DNA of 64,000 bases, taken from contig NC_043017.1 of assembly GCF_006345805.1 (NCBI RefSeq), positions 10,664,001-10,728,000 of the forward strand, read 5' to 3'. Positions 12,569 to 25,599 of this stretch are shown here, one piece after another. Position 1 is the first letter of the stretch. The number at the start of each line of letters is the position of its first letter. The notes beneath the pieces are model-generated. The model saw only the letters and a list, made by a program, of their open reading frames with translations, was not told the DNA's origin and ran no database searches. A program made the translations under genes and the position numbers. This stretch comes from Octopus sinensis. Its lineage: Eukaryota.

Positions 12569-12735
12569 CTGCTGCAATACTGATTGGAATTATTATATAC
12601 TGTGTTGAAGAATTTACTCTGCATATCTGTTTCATCTTCTCCTTAAGTTCAGCAGCATTTTTCTTCTTTTATGCGGGTTATACCATTTCGCCACCCGCTT
12701 CCTCATCGTCATCATCAATCGACTTGCAATCCTGA
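12569..12735 (+). CDS. Claudin-like gene, coding exon 3 (end of TM3, TM4, Ser-rich tail, stop)
   Basis: Acceptor tttcctctacttccag|, phase 1. AAAILIGIIIYCVEEFTLHICFIFSLSSAAFFFFYAGYTISPPASSSSSSIDLQS*. Spliced CDS is 163+144+167=474 nt, giving 157 aa. Confidence 0.85.
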
Positions 12736-13061
12736 TCACACCATCCTGGTGCTCTACCGATTCTTCAATAACCCACCTTATAATAATAATAATAATAATA
12801 ATAATGATAATAATAATAATAATGATGATGATGATGATGATAATAATCCTTTCTGCTAGAGGCACAAAGCTGAAATTTTGAGGGCAGTGGTGGGGGGAAG
12901 GAGTAGCTGATTACATTGACCCCCCAAAAAGATGAAAAGCAAAGTCGATCATGACAGAATCTGACTTCACAATGTAAAGAGCTGGAAGGAATGTTGCTAA
13001 GCATTTTCTCTGAAGTGCTAACGATTCCGTCTGCTGGCTGACCTTAAATAATATTAATAAA

Positions 13062-13092
<31 letters not shown>

Positions 13093-13652
13093 ATAATAAT
13101 AATAATAATAATATAATAATAATAATAATAAAAATAATAATAAAAATCATTTCTACTATAAGCATGAAAGTATTGTAGGATTGAGTTAGTTGATTACATC
13201 AACCCCAGTTGCTCACCTGGTACTTATAATTTTGACCTGAAAGGAGGAAAAGTAAAGTTGGCCTTGGTGGAATTTGAACTCAGAATACAAAACCAGAAGA
13301 AATGTCATTAAGTGCTTTGTCTGGCATTCTAATGATTTGTTTATTAGCCACAAGGGCTAAAAAAAACATTTAGGACCATGCATGTACAAAGGACTGGGGA
13401 TTTACATAAACACGTGTAAGCAATAAAACAATAACAATTAACAAGAAGGTTCTCCAGTAGATGGAAAGTACTACCCAGGGGTAACCAAGAAATCTCACTA
13501 TTGTGGATTATCCCTACCACTGTGGGCACTAAAGGGAAGCTTCACTCTCCCATCCTACAGGTCCAAAGTTCAAGCCATCTTTGCTACATCCATGCATCTT
13601 TCAACAAATTTTCTAGGGACCAGAACCTCTATTGCTACCCTCCCCTTCCATT

Positions 13653-13863
13653 TTAACCCTTTGGGATTCAGATTATTCTGCCAAAAGTAATCCTTATTTT
13701 ATTCCCATTGCTTAGAATTAATCATGGATTATCTCATTGCTTTGAGACTCCAATGTTGTCATTATATATTTTTACAATGACATTATAGGGTAAGTGTAAG
13801 TTTGAACATAAAACCGGGAGAGTATTTGGGCTGGATATGACCCCTTTCGAATACTAAAGAGTT

Positions 13864-13865
<2 letters not shown>
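13653..13865. mobile_element. piggyBac-like MITE
   Basis: TTAA|CCCTTT..AAAG(A/G)G|TTAA. An inverted homologue lies at 37938-38166. Confidence 0.7.
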
Positions 13866-13909
<44 letters not shown>

Positions 13910-14509
13910 GGAGCTTAAAAAAAAGGTCAATGAGGGTTTCACTGGAGAAGAAAGTGTTTATCTTCTGTCCTTTGAGTCTTGTCCACCAGGCAATCTCTTA
14001 CCATTGCTACCAGGCAGAGAAGAACTGCCTGGCTTTCCTGGCCACCAAATGGCATTGGAATGATCTTCATGATGGAGTCAGCAGTTAATAACCAGATCCA
14101 CCCTACACCTGATAGCAACTGTCCAACATAAATCCATTGAGTCAGTAATGCTTGGGTAATGTACAAGAATTTACTGAGCACTTTTATTATTCCACACGCA
14201 TCTCAGGCAGGCTTGGATGATGGCATTAACATGAAACAAAATAAGTCTATCTGTGAATTGTGAAACCATAAATTAAGTAAGAATTAAAATTTTTTTTTTT
14301 ACTCCTTCTCTCCCATCGACACACTCCTGACGTGTATCCTGAATAATGATTAACGACAAATAAAAAGAAAATATCTACTTTACGTTCCATATTGTTGTTT
14401 GTATTGTTTTTTTACCTCTAACTTCACCTCTTCTTCTCTTTATTATTATTATTATTATGGTCAGGTTCCAACCCAGGACTCAGCAAACAAAGTCCTCCAC
14501 CTGCCACAC

Positions 14510-14838
14510 TTCTCGGTCCTGCATCACAGAAAACAGCACAGCTCCCATGACTTCAGGAAACATTTTTTCACGCTGAGAGTTGCTGAAGCATGGAACAAAC
14601 TGCCGGCATCGGTTGTTAGTTGTCGGAGCACTGCATCCTTCAAGACTTCCATGCTTTCTGAGATTCGCCAACACTACACTTGATTTTCTCCCCTCCATAC
14701 ACACACAAGCATGTATCTGACTCATACACTGTTCACTTTCCAGACATTTCTACATTACTGCATGTACTTTATATGCACTTTCTGACAAGTTGTGGTGCAC
14801 CTGAGCACTGTATACAATAATTTCATTATTATTATTAT
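14510..14838 (+). mobile_element. CR1-type LINE 3' end
   Basis: RKHFFTLRVAEAWNKLPASVVSCRSTASFK.., then a 3' UTR and an (ATT)n tail. Confidence 0.8.
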
Positions 14839-15345
14839 ATCACTGCTTCAAGGTCCTGGATACATTCCAGGCCAGTGTTTGCAATCAGGTTATCCCCTTC
14901 TTACATCACCATGAAGTGGGTGCCACTGAGGGTGGCACATGCAGTGACCAGATTAGTCACAGCTGTCTTTGCCTGGTCTTCTCGCTAACTTTCAGCAGGT
15001 TTCCATAAAGGAATTTACTCGGTTAGATAAATCAAAGGGAGGTAATCCATACAGCACTAAATATTTCTACTGTTTAGTGTCAGGAAGAAAATCGGACGGG
15101 TAAATGATGCAAGGGAGGTAACCGATTTAAGGCTAATATAATTCATAATTTATTTGATTTTTTTTTTCACACAATTTTTTCTTGCAGTTACACACACACA
15201 CACTCACACATATTAAGATTCAGGTGAATGAGGCGTTTAAATGGTAAGGCACCAGGTCGGGTGAGAATTAAAATGCATACACACCAACTATACAAAAAAA
15301 TACAAACATTGATCCTGAACGCTGTGACCAGCACTGATGATGGAA

Positions 15346-15720
15346 TCTCTCTCTATATAAACGGCAGTTTGTCTGTCTGTGTGTCTGTCAGGTTGTACCC
15401 TCACCCTGACCACAGCTTTCAACCGATTCTGATGAAACTTGACACACACATAGCCCAATGTCATAATTCAAAACTAACGCAGCGAAAGTTTTGAAAAGTT
15501 CCCCCAATTCTGAAAATAATCGATAAATTCGACATGGGGTCGAGAATCAGAAACACAAACCACAGACTGTCTAGGGGATGCAACTCGACTTTTTAACTCT
15601 CAAAAAAATTTACCATAATTTTTTTTCCATTTTTTTTGCTATTTTTTGGCTATAACTCTCTAAAAATGCTTTATAGTTATTTCCCTTACAAACCCGAGCA
15701 ACGCCGGGCGATACTGCTAG
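15346..15720 (+). mobile_element. Non-autonomous Helitron-like element
   Basis: A|TC 5' end, (GTCT)n near the 5' end, 3' hairpin CCCGAGCAACGCCGGG, CTAG|T 3' end, no TSD. Confidence 0.8.
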
Positions 15721-15778
15721 TCACAAAATATGTGCATTTTAAATATTTCTTAAAGGTCCTAAACAGTAGAGTTCATGC

Positions 15779-15865
15779 ATTCATCTGAAGAAAGCGGTTT
15801 TTTAGAATGATATAATGTACTCATTAATCATTTTAAGAAATTCGTTAGAAACGGCTGTAATGAAT
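15779..15865 (+). ncRNA. Type I hammerhead-like motif with long stem II
   Basis: AUUCAU-CUGAAGA-[about 24-bp hairpin, 15792-15847]-GAAA-CGGCUG-UA/AUGAAU. Stem I is 6 bp. Predicted cleavage after 15859. Confidence 0.65.
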
Positions 15866-15974
15866 TGAGACCTATCTATCCTTTGTTTTATACACACACA
15901 CACACACACACATACACACACAGATATATTGGTATGTAATTCATAAAATGTACACAGACACGACAGAAGTGAAT

Positions 15975-16360
15975 AGACACCCTTATAATCATTAAAGATT
16001 TATTCAAATCTGAAATTATACATTCAAATTATTTATTAATTGTTATAATGTGAATATTTAATATTTAGTAGACATGCCCCTTGCCTTTTCATTGCATGGA
16101 CCCAATTAGGCATGCTACTGATCAGCTAATGAATATTCTCTTGAGAAATTTCTTGCCAAGTTCCATGCAGTAATCTCAAGAGATCTGGCTTTGAAGATGC
16201 TTTCTTGTTCTTTATATGAATTGTCCTGTCCATTATATCCCAGAGGTATTCAGTAGGGTTTGTATCTGGTGACTGGTTTGGCCATGGAAGCTTTTCAATG
16301 TCATTCTCATCCAACAAGCCTTGGATCATTTTAGCTGTGTGACAAGGAGTCCCATCTTAA
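15975..16360 (-). mobile_element. Tc1-like transposase 3' fragment
   Basis: DGTPCHTAKMIQ..LPWPNQSPDTNPTEYLWDIM (DD34E-like). Confidence 0.75.
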
Positions 16361-17755
16361 GATAATATAGGATAAATGAAACTTACTCCAAGGAACTGAC
16401 ATGATAGTCATAGGCAAGAAATATGGGATTCTAGTATTAGATGAGGTGGCAAGCAGGCAGAATCATTACTGTGCAAAATACTGACTACCATTTCATCTGT
16501 CTTTACATTCTGAGTACAAATTCCACTGAGGTTGACTTTGCATGTCATCCTTTCAGGGTCAATAAAATAAGCACCAGCTGAGAACTGGGATTGATATAAT
16601 TGATCCTATCTCCCCAAAATTGCTGGCCTTGTGCCAAAATTTGAAACTAGTATTAGATAGATTCCACTATGTAAACATTTAAACTTATTTCAAAGTAGGC
16701 AAGTGTCTTCTGCTATAACCCCAGTCCGAGCAGTACCTGTAAGTGAATTTAATTGATAGAAAATGTGTGGAAGCCTATTATCATCATCATATATATAAAT
16801 GTGTGTGTGTGTGTGTGTGAGTGAATGTGTGAATGTGTGTGTGTGTGTGTGTGTGTATAACAAAAAAAAACATTAAAATTCCTGGTCTTCCAACTTTGCC
16901 TTAGTCCTGAGAAAACCTCAGATCAGAATAAATATGGACAAATAAAGAGAATGTTTTTATCAAAAAATATAAACCCAGCCTGGACGGTCTAAACCAACGT
17001 ATTGAACAGAGATGTTACATTATTCTAGTTCATATTCCCATGCACAAACATATAAACAGCCATAGACATTACTGTCATCTGCAAACAAAATAAAAAAAGC
17101 TATTTCTCTATTTTTAGTTCTTCTGACAATCTGTTGTTCATTTTGTCACATGACACATTCACTGGATTAACACAGCCTGGATTTTTGAAGCAACTATTGA
17201 CCATACTGTCATGTGACCAATGCATGGACATAATGTGTAATTGTAAATTTTCTTCTGATATGATTCATCCTTGACTCTCAGTGCAATTATCATTTTCACA
17301 GTCACATAAACTTCTGACCTTGTGACTGGCTTCAACCAACCAAAGTGAGCCTCAAGTGATGTCAATTTAGATCATAATCTATTCATAAAAAATAGCAAAT
17401 TTTGAAACTCTTGTCAAAATTGAGGCAAATATGACAGCTCCTTATTCTTCTATCTTACACTACCTCTGAAAATAATGCAACTGCGAAATCAGTTAAATAA
17501 ATGCAAATAAATATTTTTAAAGACTCCAAGTGCATTTTCAGTTTCTTTCCTTTTCTACCTACATATAAAAAGCTTATTTTACTGCACACACACATGTGGG
17601 CATGCATGCACACAAATGCACACACAACACACATACATTCGCTTCTCAATCACAGTTTTGGATTGAGTCCCACTCGACCATAGACATATAATATATATAT
17701 CTATATATTTATATGTCTGTGTAAATATATATGTATATATATGTATATATATATA

Positions 17756-17848
<93 letters not shown>

Positions 17849-17849
<1 letters not shown>

Positions 17850-18853
17850 AGTTTTGATCAATAAGTATCCGGACTGTTGCCATAGTAACGAAGCTAAAGC
17901 ATGCAGAGTGAAACCACTTGGCACAGATTGACATTGAGCTCTGCTGAGCATGTGCACTAAGTTTTAACATTCTAGCTCACTTTCACTGTTTACAGCAATG
18001 CTTGGAAGGGAGGTGTGTAATGTGTGATCATTGCATTGACCATGACAGAGAGTTGTCATGGCGATACCTGCTCAGACACCTATGCAAAGTTGCAGAAAGT
18101 GTATGGAGAGCAGTGTATGAGTTGCACACAAGTGTACGAGTGGTTCAGATGTTTGCAAGATGGCAGAAAAATGTTGATAGTGACAAACGTTCTCGGAGAC
18201 CCGCAAGCAGCAGAACTTTGCATAGGCCTCCGACCAAGTTTTTGGCAAAATTTGATGCAGATTCCCTGCTCAATATGGCGATCACATGCTACACACCTTC
18301 CTTCCAAGCACTGCTGAAAACAGTAGAAGTGAGCTAGAATGTTACGAGGGGCGTTCAGTAAGTAATGCCCCTGACCCACTTCCCATAGCAGTAGAGCAAC
18401 GAAACTTGGCACAGTTATTAGTCTTTTTCTACATAGGAACCACCCAGAGTTATGCATTTCTCCCATCCTTTGATGCAGCTCTGGAGACCGTTTTTGTAGA
18501 AGACCCCAGCTTGGTCCTCCAACCACGACGTGACTTCAGAAATCAAGGCTGCATCATCTGGGAAATGCTTTCCTTTCAAAAACAATTTCATGGCTGGGAA
18601 GAGGTGAAAATCAGAGGGTGCAAGGTCAGGAGAGTAGAGGGGATGGGGGAGGAGTTCATACGCTTCTGATCTGGTGACAAGCGAGTTGTGTACCAGAGCG
18701 TTGTCCTGCAGGAGGAGGATGCCTTTGCTGATCTCGTAAAACTTGGTGCACATGCACAGCAGTGTTCGATGTTGATCTGTGTCAAGCAGCTTTACTCTGC
18801 GTGCTTTAGCTTCATTACTATGGCAAGAGTCCGGATACTTATTGATCAGACCA
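17849..18853. mobile_element. Rearranged mariner composite with inverted 5' termini
   Basis: TGATCAATAAGTATCCGGACT is inverted at both ends. The + arm encodes the HTH region (VYEWFR..DKRSRRP). The - arm encodes QDNA..HPLYSPDLAPSDFHLF..WEKCI (DD34D). A second TIR type lies at 18344. Confidence 0.85.
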
Positions 18854-19609
18854 CTTTTTCTACATTGCCATCAACCAGACTGGTCGTGATTTTCTGAGCT
18901 CCTTACTTCTTTTAATTTCCTTTCCTTGTCTCTCTTTCTCTGTCTTTCTTTGTTACCCTCCTCCCACTATCATGTGATCTGTGATGGCCTAAGGCTGTGT
19001 CATTCTTTCCCGCACTGCCTTTGACCAGACTTCTTACGATTTTCTGAGCTCCTCACTCTACTCCTACTGTGTTTATAGTCCTTTAAGACAGTTTCTCATT
19101 TCTCCTTCGTGTTACCCATTTTGGTCTTGTCTTGCAGCTCTAAGGCCTTTTTGCTGTATATGTATTATTATCATTTTAACTGTTGTTTCCGCGTGGCCCT
19201 AAGCCTTTATTCTGTTTACTGTTTTGTCCCTTGTCCATTCACTGTCTTGTCTTGAGCCCATCTCATTTTGCTATGTTTTGGTCCCATTCCCGGCAAGTTT
19301 CTTGCCACTGGCTCCAGAGTGGAAGCAATATTATCGATAATGGCCGAAATTGTGCTTGACTCTCTGGACTATAACTGAAAAGGAGTTGGTGACCTTCAGT
19401 GTTTTCCGTTTGTCTGTGTATTTAGTATATGTTTGTATGTTTATTTACTACACGTTTTTTAAAAATTATATATATATAAGTATATATATATATATATAAT
19501 ATATATATATATACAGGTATGTCATATTTTCCATTTGCTGTCTTTTTCCTCTAATCCTGAAAATATTATTTTATGTACACAAGCATCATTTACTTTTTAA
19601 CTATATATA

Positions 19610-19960
19610 TCTCTTATTAAAAAGGCAGATTTTATCTGCCTCCCTTTGGGAGTTATACAAATCTACAATATAGGATTTCTTCAATTACAATTTACCTAGC
19701 AGTTTTGAGAGTACAATGCATCGCGTCATGCCAGGTCCAGTTTTTAAAATTTAAACTCCAATTAAGCAAAATTTACAGAAAACTCACATTCTGGTGTGTG
19801 TGTCAAATGCTTTTCTTAGTCTGGTTTACAGCACACGCAAACGCACACACACAGTGGGCAGCGAATAAAATGAAAGTAATTTACTTACTGTAGTGAGTGA
19901 TTCTTTCACTCTGCCTCCCACTTCCTCTTTCAACACATAGACACGCAAATATATAAATAA
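19610..19960 (+). mobile_element. Possible Helitron-like 5' portion
   Basis: A|TC start followed by AAAGGCAG, as in the other Helitron-like copies. No 3' end was seen. Confidence 0.35.
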
Positions 19961-20124
19961 AATTGTAAGCTACGTGCGTGTGTGTGAGTGTGTGTGTGTG
20001 TGTGTGTGCGTGTGTGCGCGCGCGTGTGTGTGTGTGTGAGGGTGCGCGTGTGTGTGTGTGTGTGTGTGCGTGTGCGTGAGTGTGTGACAGGAAAGTTTTT
20101 TACAACGAATATAAGTAGCAGAAA

Positions 20125-20387
20125 GATAAGACAGTAAGGTGTGATTTGAGGGAGATTTGGCTGCTATTTCTACCATGTCTAGCTGCCATGTAGGGCACTC
20201 CCTCATAGGCTCATACATACATATATACATAGATAAGACAGTAAGGTGTGATTTGGGGGAATTTGGCTGCTATTTCTACCAGGTCTAGCTACCATGTAGA
20301 GGTCCCCTCATTGGCTCATATATATATACATACATAAGACAGTAAGGTGTGATTTGAGGGAGATTTGGCTGCTGTTTCTACCAGGTC
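20125..20387 (+). repeat. About 103-bp tandem repeat, 2.5 copies
   Basis: Units begin ATAAGACAGTAAGGTGTGATTTG.. Related GATTTGGCTG fragments at about 7385 and 45481 suggest an interspersed-repeat origin. Confidence 0.8.
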
Positions 20388-20751
20388 TGTTAGGCCTTCT
20401 CATGTAAACTCAAGCTTCTCATGCCTTGAACATAAGACCAAAGCAGAGAATGTATTCTTTTATTCTTCTGCTTTTTCCAGCCATTGGTCTGTGGCCATGC
20501 TGGGGCAATGCCTTGAAGAATTGTAGTTTAATGAATCAACTCCAGTTTTATTTTTGTAAGCATTGTACTTATTCTATCTGTTTCCTTTGTCAAACCACTA
20601 GGTGACAGGGATGTAAACAAACCAACATTCGTTGTCAAGCAGTGGTGGAGGACAATCACAAGCACAGACACGCACACACCACACATACATGCATACACAT
20701 ATACACACATACATACATACATACATATATATATATGTGTGTATATATATA

Positions 20752-21010
20752 TTGCAGCGTGGAAGGTGTTTGTAAGCCATTTAAGAAACACACAAAAACC
20801 GTTACATTCACTTCAACATTTAAATTTCATTTGCCAAAATATTTTCGTCGCTTTGAGACCGCGACCTGTTCACTGACAAAAATATCGTGCTAAACAGGTC
20901 GCGGTCTCAAAGCGACGAAAATATTTTGACAAATTAATTTAAATGTTGAAGTGAATCTAACGGTTTTTGTGTGTTTCTTAAATGGCTTATAAACACCTTC
21001 AACGCTGCAA
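20752..21010. repeat. Fold-back element with about 115-bp arms
   Basis: TTGCAGCG..GAGACCGCGACCTG / CAGGTCGCGGTCTC..CGCTGCAA. Confidence 0.85.
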
Positions 21011-21172
21011 CTGTTTTCGTTCCAGCACACGATCTCAGATCAAGTCACTTGCTATGCAAGTACATCTCTGTAACTATTTATATATTTATATATATATATA
21101 TATGTATATTGGTAAAAACAGTAAGATAACAAAAGAAAGAAAGAGACCTCAATATTATGTAAATAGAGGAAA

Positions 21173-21561
21173 TCTTTATATATAAAAGTGAGGTTGTGTG
21201 TCTGTCTCCTACGATTTAGATTCCTAACTACTCCCACATTTTGCGGTGCAGTTTAACCAAAACCGGGTATCTTATAGTCGTGATTCATATCGAGACCGTC
21301 TGGGTATTAGCGCGCGTCTACGATGAGTCTACGATTTTAAAAAAAAATTACCATCATTTTTCCCATTTTTAATCCATTTTTGACATATATAAGGAAGTAA
21401 CTCTCTAAAATTTATTATTAAATCTCAGAACGTAAAAAGCTACAGTAACACCCTCCCCTTTGTGGTTAGCCATATTGAGATGGCTATTATACTTTACATC
21501 TCTAAAAATGGTTATATAATTATTTCCTTACAACCCGAGCAACGCCGGGCGATACTGCTAG
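21173..21561 (+). mobile_element. Non-autonomous Helitron-like element, second subfamily
   Basis: A|TC start, same 3' hairpin and CTAG|T end. Closely similar copy at 39330-39721. Confidence 0.8.
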
Positions 21562-21935
21562 TATATTATATAATATATAATATATGTGTGTGTGTGTGTC
21601 TACAGACACACATATAGGGAGATAGATAGATTGGCTGTGTGTAATATGTATGTGTGCATTATGCATGTACGTCCATAAGCATGTACACATGCACACACAC
21701 AAACATGTGTATATATAAATATATATATATATATATATAATGGACAAATAAAGAGATATATAAATATCTGTGTGTATGTGTGTATGTATTTGCATGTAAA
21801 TTCGGGTATGTCTTTGTATACATGTAGATAAGTAAACATATGTATACAAAAACTTATATTACACACATACACTATAAATATGTATATATATGCATTCTTA
21901 TATATGCATGTATATGTGTGTGTATGTGTATTATA

Positions 21936-21966
<31 letters not shown>

Positions 21967-23200
21967 TATGTATATATATGTGAGTATATATATATATGTG
22001 TGTGTGTGTGCATATATACATATGTATGTATGTATATATATATATCTATATATATATGTATGTATGTATATATAAATTTATACATATACATATGTGTGTG
22101 TGGTGTGTGTGTGTGTGTGTGAGTCTATTACATCTGTGCATGTGTACATATATGCATTAGTGTGTTTACATCTGCCCATTTGTTTACGTAGAGTATGTAT
22201 AAAATTGAAACTTTTGTTTCAAAAACCATTTACAGTTTTCATCTGGAATACAGTAATTTTCTACAAGAGTACAAGAGGATTTCAGGAGGCTGAAGAACTT
22301 TATATTTCCAAGAAATATAAGAAGCTTAACAACTAAGGAAATTAATCCGAGAATATATGAAGAATCTTTGACAGGAACAGATTTAAAAAAAAATTTTCTT
22401 CAACATTTAGGTTATCTTCAGTTTTTGGAATCTGATTATTTGTTCCAATATTTAGAATTTTTCTTAAAGAAATTCTTAAACTCATCTTTTACCTCCACCC
22501 ACTTTTGCTTTTATCCTTGCTGATTTCAGTCATTGGATTGCAGCCGTACTAAGGCAATGTCTTGAAGGCTAGAAATCAAACAAAGCAACTGCAATATTTC
22601 AGTGTTTATTAATACTCTTTTACTCTTTACTCTTTTACTTGTTTCAGTCATTTGACTGTGGCCATGCTGGAGCACCGCCTTTAGCCGAGCAAATCGACCC
22701 CAGAACTCATTCTTTGTAAGCCTAGTACTTATTCTATCGGTCTCTTTTGCCGAACTGCTAAGTTAAATAATAAATAAAATATTTAATTAATTAACTACCT
22801 AATTAATTAATTTATTTTCCTAAATGTGGCACTTATTCTATTGGTGTCTTTTGCTTGCTGAACTAAGTTACAGGGACATAAACAAACCAACATTGGACTG
22901 TTAAATGATGACAGGGGACAAACACAAAGATGACACACACATATACATATACATACACACACACTTATATATATACATATACACACACATACATATACAC
23001 ATATATAGATATAATATATAAAATATGTGTATATGTGGCTTATAGGCATAGGAATGGTTGTGTGGTAAGTAGCTTGCTTACCAACCACATGGTTCCGGGT
23101 TCAGTCCCACTGCATAGCACCTTGGGCAGGTGTCTTCTACTATAGCCTCAGGCCAACCAAAGCCCTGTGAGTGGATTTGGTAGACAGAAACTGAAAGAAG

Positions 23201-23248
<48 letters not shown>

Positions 23249-23495
23249 GTGTGTCTGTGTTTATTCCCCCACCACCCACCATCGTTTAACAACTGATGTT
23301 GGTGTGTTTATGTCCCCTTAACTTAGCGGTTCGGCAAAAGGGGCTGATAGAATAAGTACTAGACTTACAAAGAAATAAGTCATGGGCTCGATCTGTTCGC
23401 CTAAAGGCAGAGCTCCAGCATGGCCGCAGTTAAATTACTGAAACAAATAAAAGAATAAAAGAATACACACACACACACACACGCACACATATATA

Positions 23496-23880
23496 CACAG
23501 GTTGGGGCAGAGAGGGCAGACCTTTTTTAAAAATTAGCAAGATCATTAATTTTAGCTGAAAATTTTACTGATGTCAATGAGTTCATATTGAATTAGCATT
23601 TGTCAAAATTAAGTGTGGAAAACAACATCCATCATGTGGTGTCCGTTTTCATTGATGCATTTCTGAAGGCGTTCTTGGAAGTTGGTCTCCACTCTCTCCG
23701 GCATTGCTCTGTTGATTTGGGTGACTTCCATGTGAATAGCTTCCTTCAAATTGCCCAGTGTATGGGGTTTATGCACATACACATGTGCCTTGAGGTTTCT
23801 CCACATGAAATAATCATGCATGGACAGATCAGGGGACCAAGGGAACCAAAGAATGTCAGCAAACCTGGGACACAAGGCAT
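23496..23880 (-). mobile_element. Tc1/mariner-superfamily transposase C-terminal fragment
   Basis: WFPWSPDLSMHDYFMWRNLKAHVY..RLQKCINENGHH, followed by a terminal repeat-like end. Confidence 0.75.
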
Positions 23881-23915
23881 TGGTTAGTCGAGGGCTATAG
23901 TAGAAGACACATTAA

Positions 23916-24146
23916 GGCGGCGAGCTGGCATAAACGTTAGCGCGCCGGGCAAAATGCTTAGCGGTATTTCGTCTGTCGTTACGTTCTGAGTTCAAATTCC
24001 GCCGAGGTCGACTTTGCCTTTCATCCTTTCGGGATCGATAAATAAAGTACCAGTTTCGCACTGGGGCTGATATAATCGACTTAATCCCTTTGTCTGTCCT
24101 TGTTTGTCCCCTCTATGTTTAGCCCCTTGTGGGTAGTGAAGAAATA
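23916..24146 (+). mobile_element. SINE family A nested in a family B fragment
   Basis: 15-bp TSD TATAGTAGAAGA(C/T)AC at 23896 and 24147. Confidence 0.85.
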
Positions 24147-24239
24147 TATAGTAGAAGATACTTGCCCAAGGTGCCAGTGCTACACAGTGGGACTGAACCC
24201 AAAACCATTTGGCTACAAACTGGAACAACAAAGAAAACA

Positions 24240-24400
24240 CTGTGAGGTCCCATTGTTGTTCCCACCTTATAGAGAGGCTCCATATTTGTCTGGTATCGGA
24301 GAAGATCCTTCGTTATCTTGCTAAAAATAATGTCGTATCATCAGCCATCTTTGAGAGAGACATATTGAGATACAAATTCTTTGAAAACAAGGAAAGAAAA
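24240..24400 (-). mobile_element. Possible L1/Tx1-like RT remnant
   Basis: Only a short motif, SKMADDTTLFL, is recognisable. Confidence 0.3.
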
Positions 24401-25599
24401 AGAAAAGAAACAATATCTATGCCAAATCTGGTCTTGTGTTGCATGCAAGTCTCTGACATTATAAATGAATCATCAACCATTAACCATTATTCGTTAATCT
24501 ACATTTAGTCCTTGAGTTGGTGTCTTTAATGTATTTCTGTCTTTAATGTTCGTTAACTTGATTTTTCTGTTCTTCTTATAGTTGGGTTTTTTTTTTTGTA
24601 TTTTGTTGCGTTGCTGTTTCTTTTGTTTTATTTAGTTTTCTTTTGTCTATTGTCATTTGTAAACTGTTCTGCTTCAAAGATTATGCTACCGTTTGTTAAC
24701 GAAGACAGGACACGCTACAGTAAACACACACATGGAACTCTGCACATGAGAAACCATCAACACAGCACACACACATACACACACACACATACACATACAT
24801 ACATACATACATACATACACACATATATGTGTATGTGTATATGTGTATACACATATATGTTGGTGCATAATTGCACACTAACACATTTTATATAATATAT
24901 TCATTCATGTATGTATATATATATATTTATATGTGTATGCATGTATACATGAACAAATATACATGTTTGTCTGAACATATGTGTGTGTGTGTGTGCGTAA
25001 TATATATATATAATATGTATATATATGTGTGTGTGTATATATATATCATCATCATCATCATTTAACATCCTTTTTCCATGCTGGCATGGGTTGGACGGTT
25101 CGACTGGGGTCTGGGAAGCCAGTGGCTGCATCAGGCTCCAATCTGATCTGGTAATGTTTCTACAGCTGGATGCCCTTCTTAATGCCAACCAATCCGAGAG
25201 TGTAGTGGGTGCTTTTTTACATTCCACAGGCACAGGGGCCGGAGGGGGCTGGCATCGACCACGATTGGGTGGTGCTTTTTATGTGCCACTGGCATGGAAG
25301 CCAGTCAAAGCAGTGCTGGCATTGGCCACATTCGGATGGAGCTTTTTACGTGCCACTGGTACAGGGATCACAACTAGGGAAAAGGCTGAGTAAGAGACCT
25401 AGGAAGACATAATGTGATATGTTCCAGGATGACATGATAGTGAGGGGAGTCGGCCCTAAGTGGAGCCATGAGGAAGGTAAGCAATTAGGATGTTTGGGGA
25501 AGATTCATTGTATGTTGTACTGACAGCACCAGAAGAGGTACTAGAGAGATTATAGAACTAGCATTTTTGCTTATATGTATATACATATATATTAGTTCA

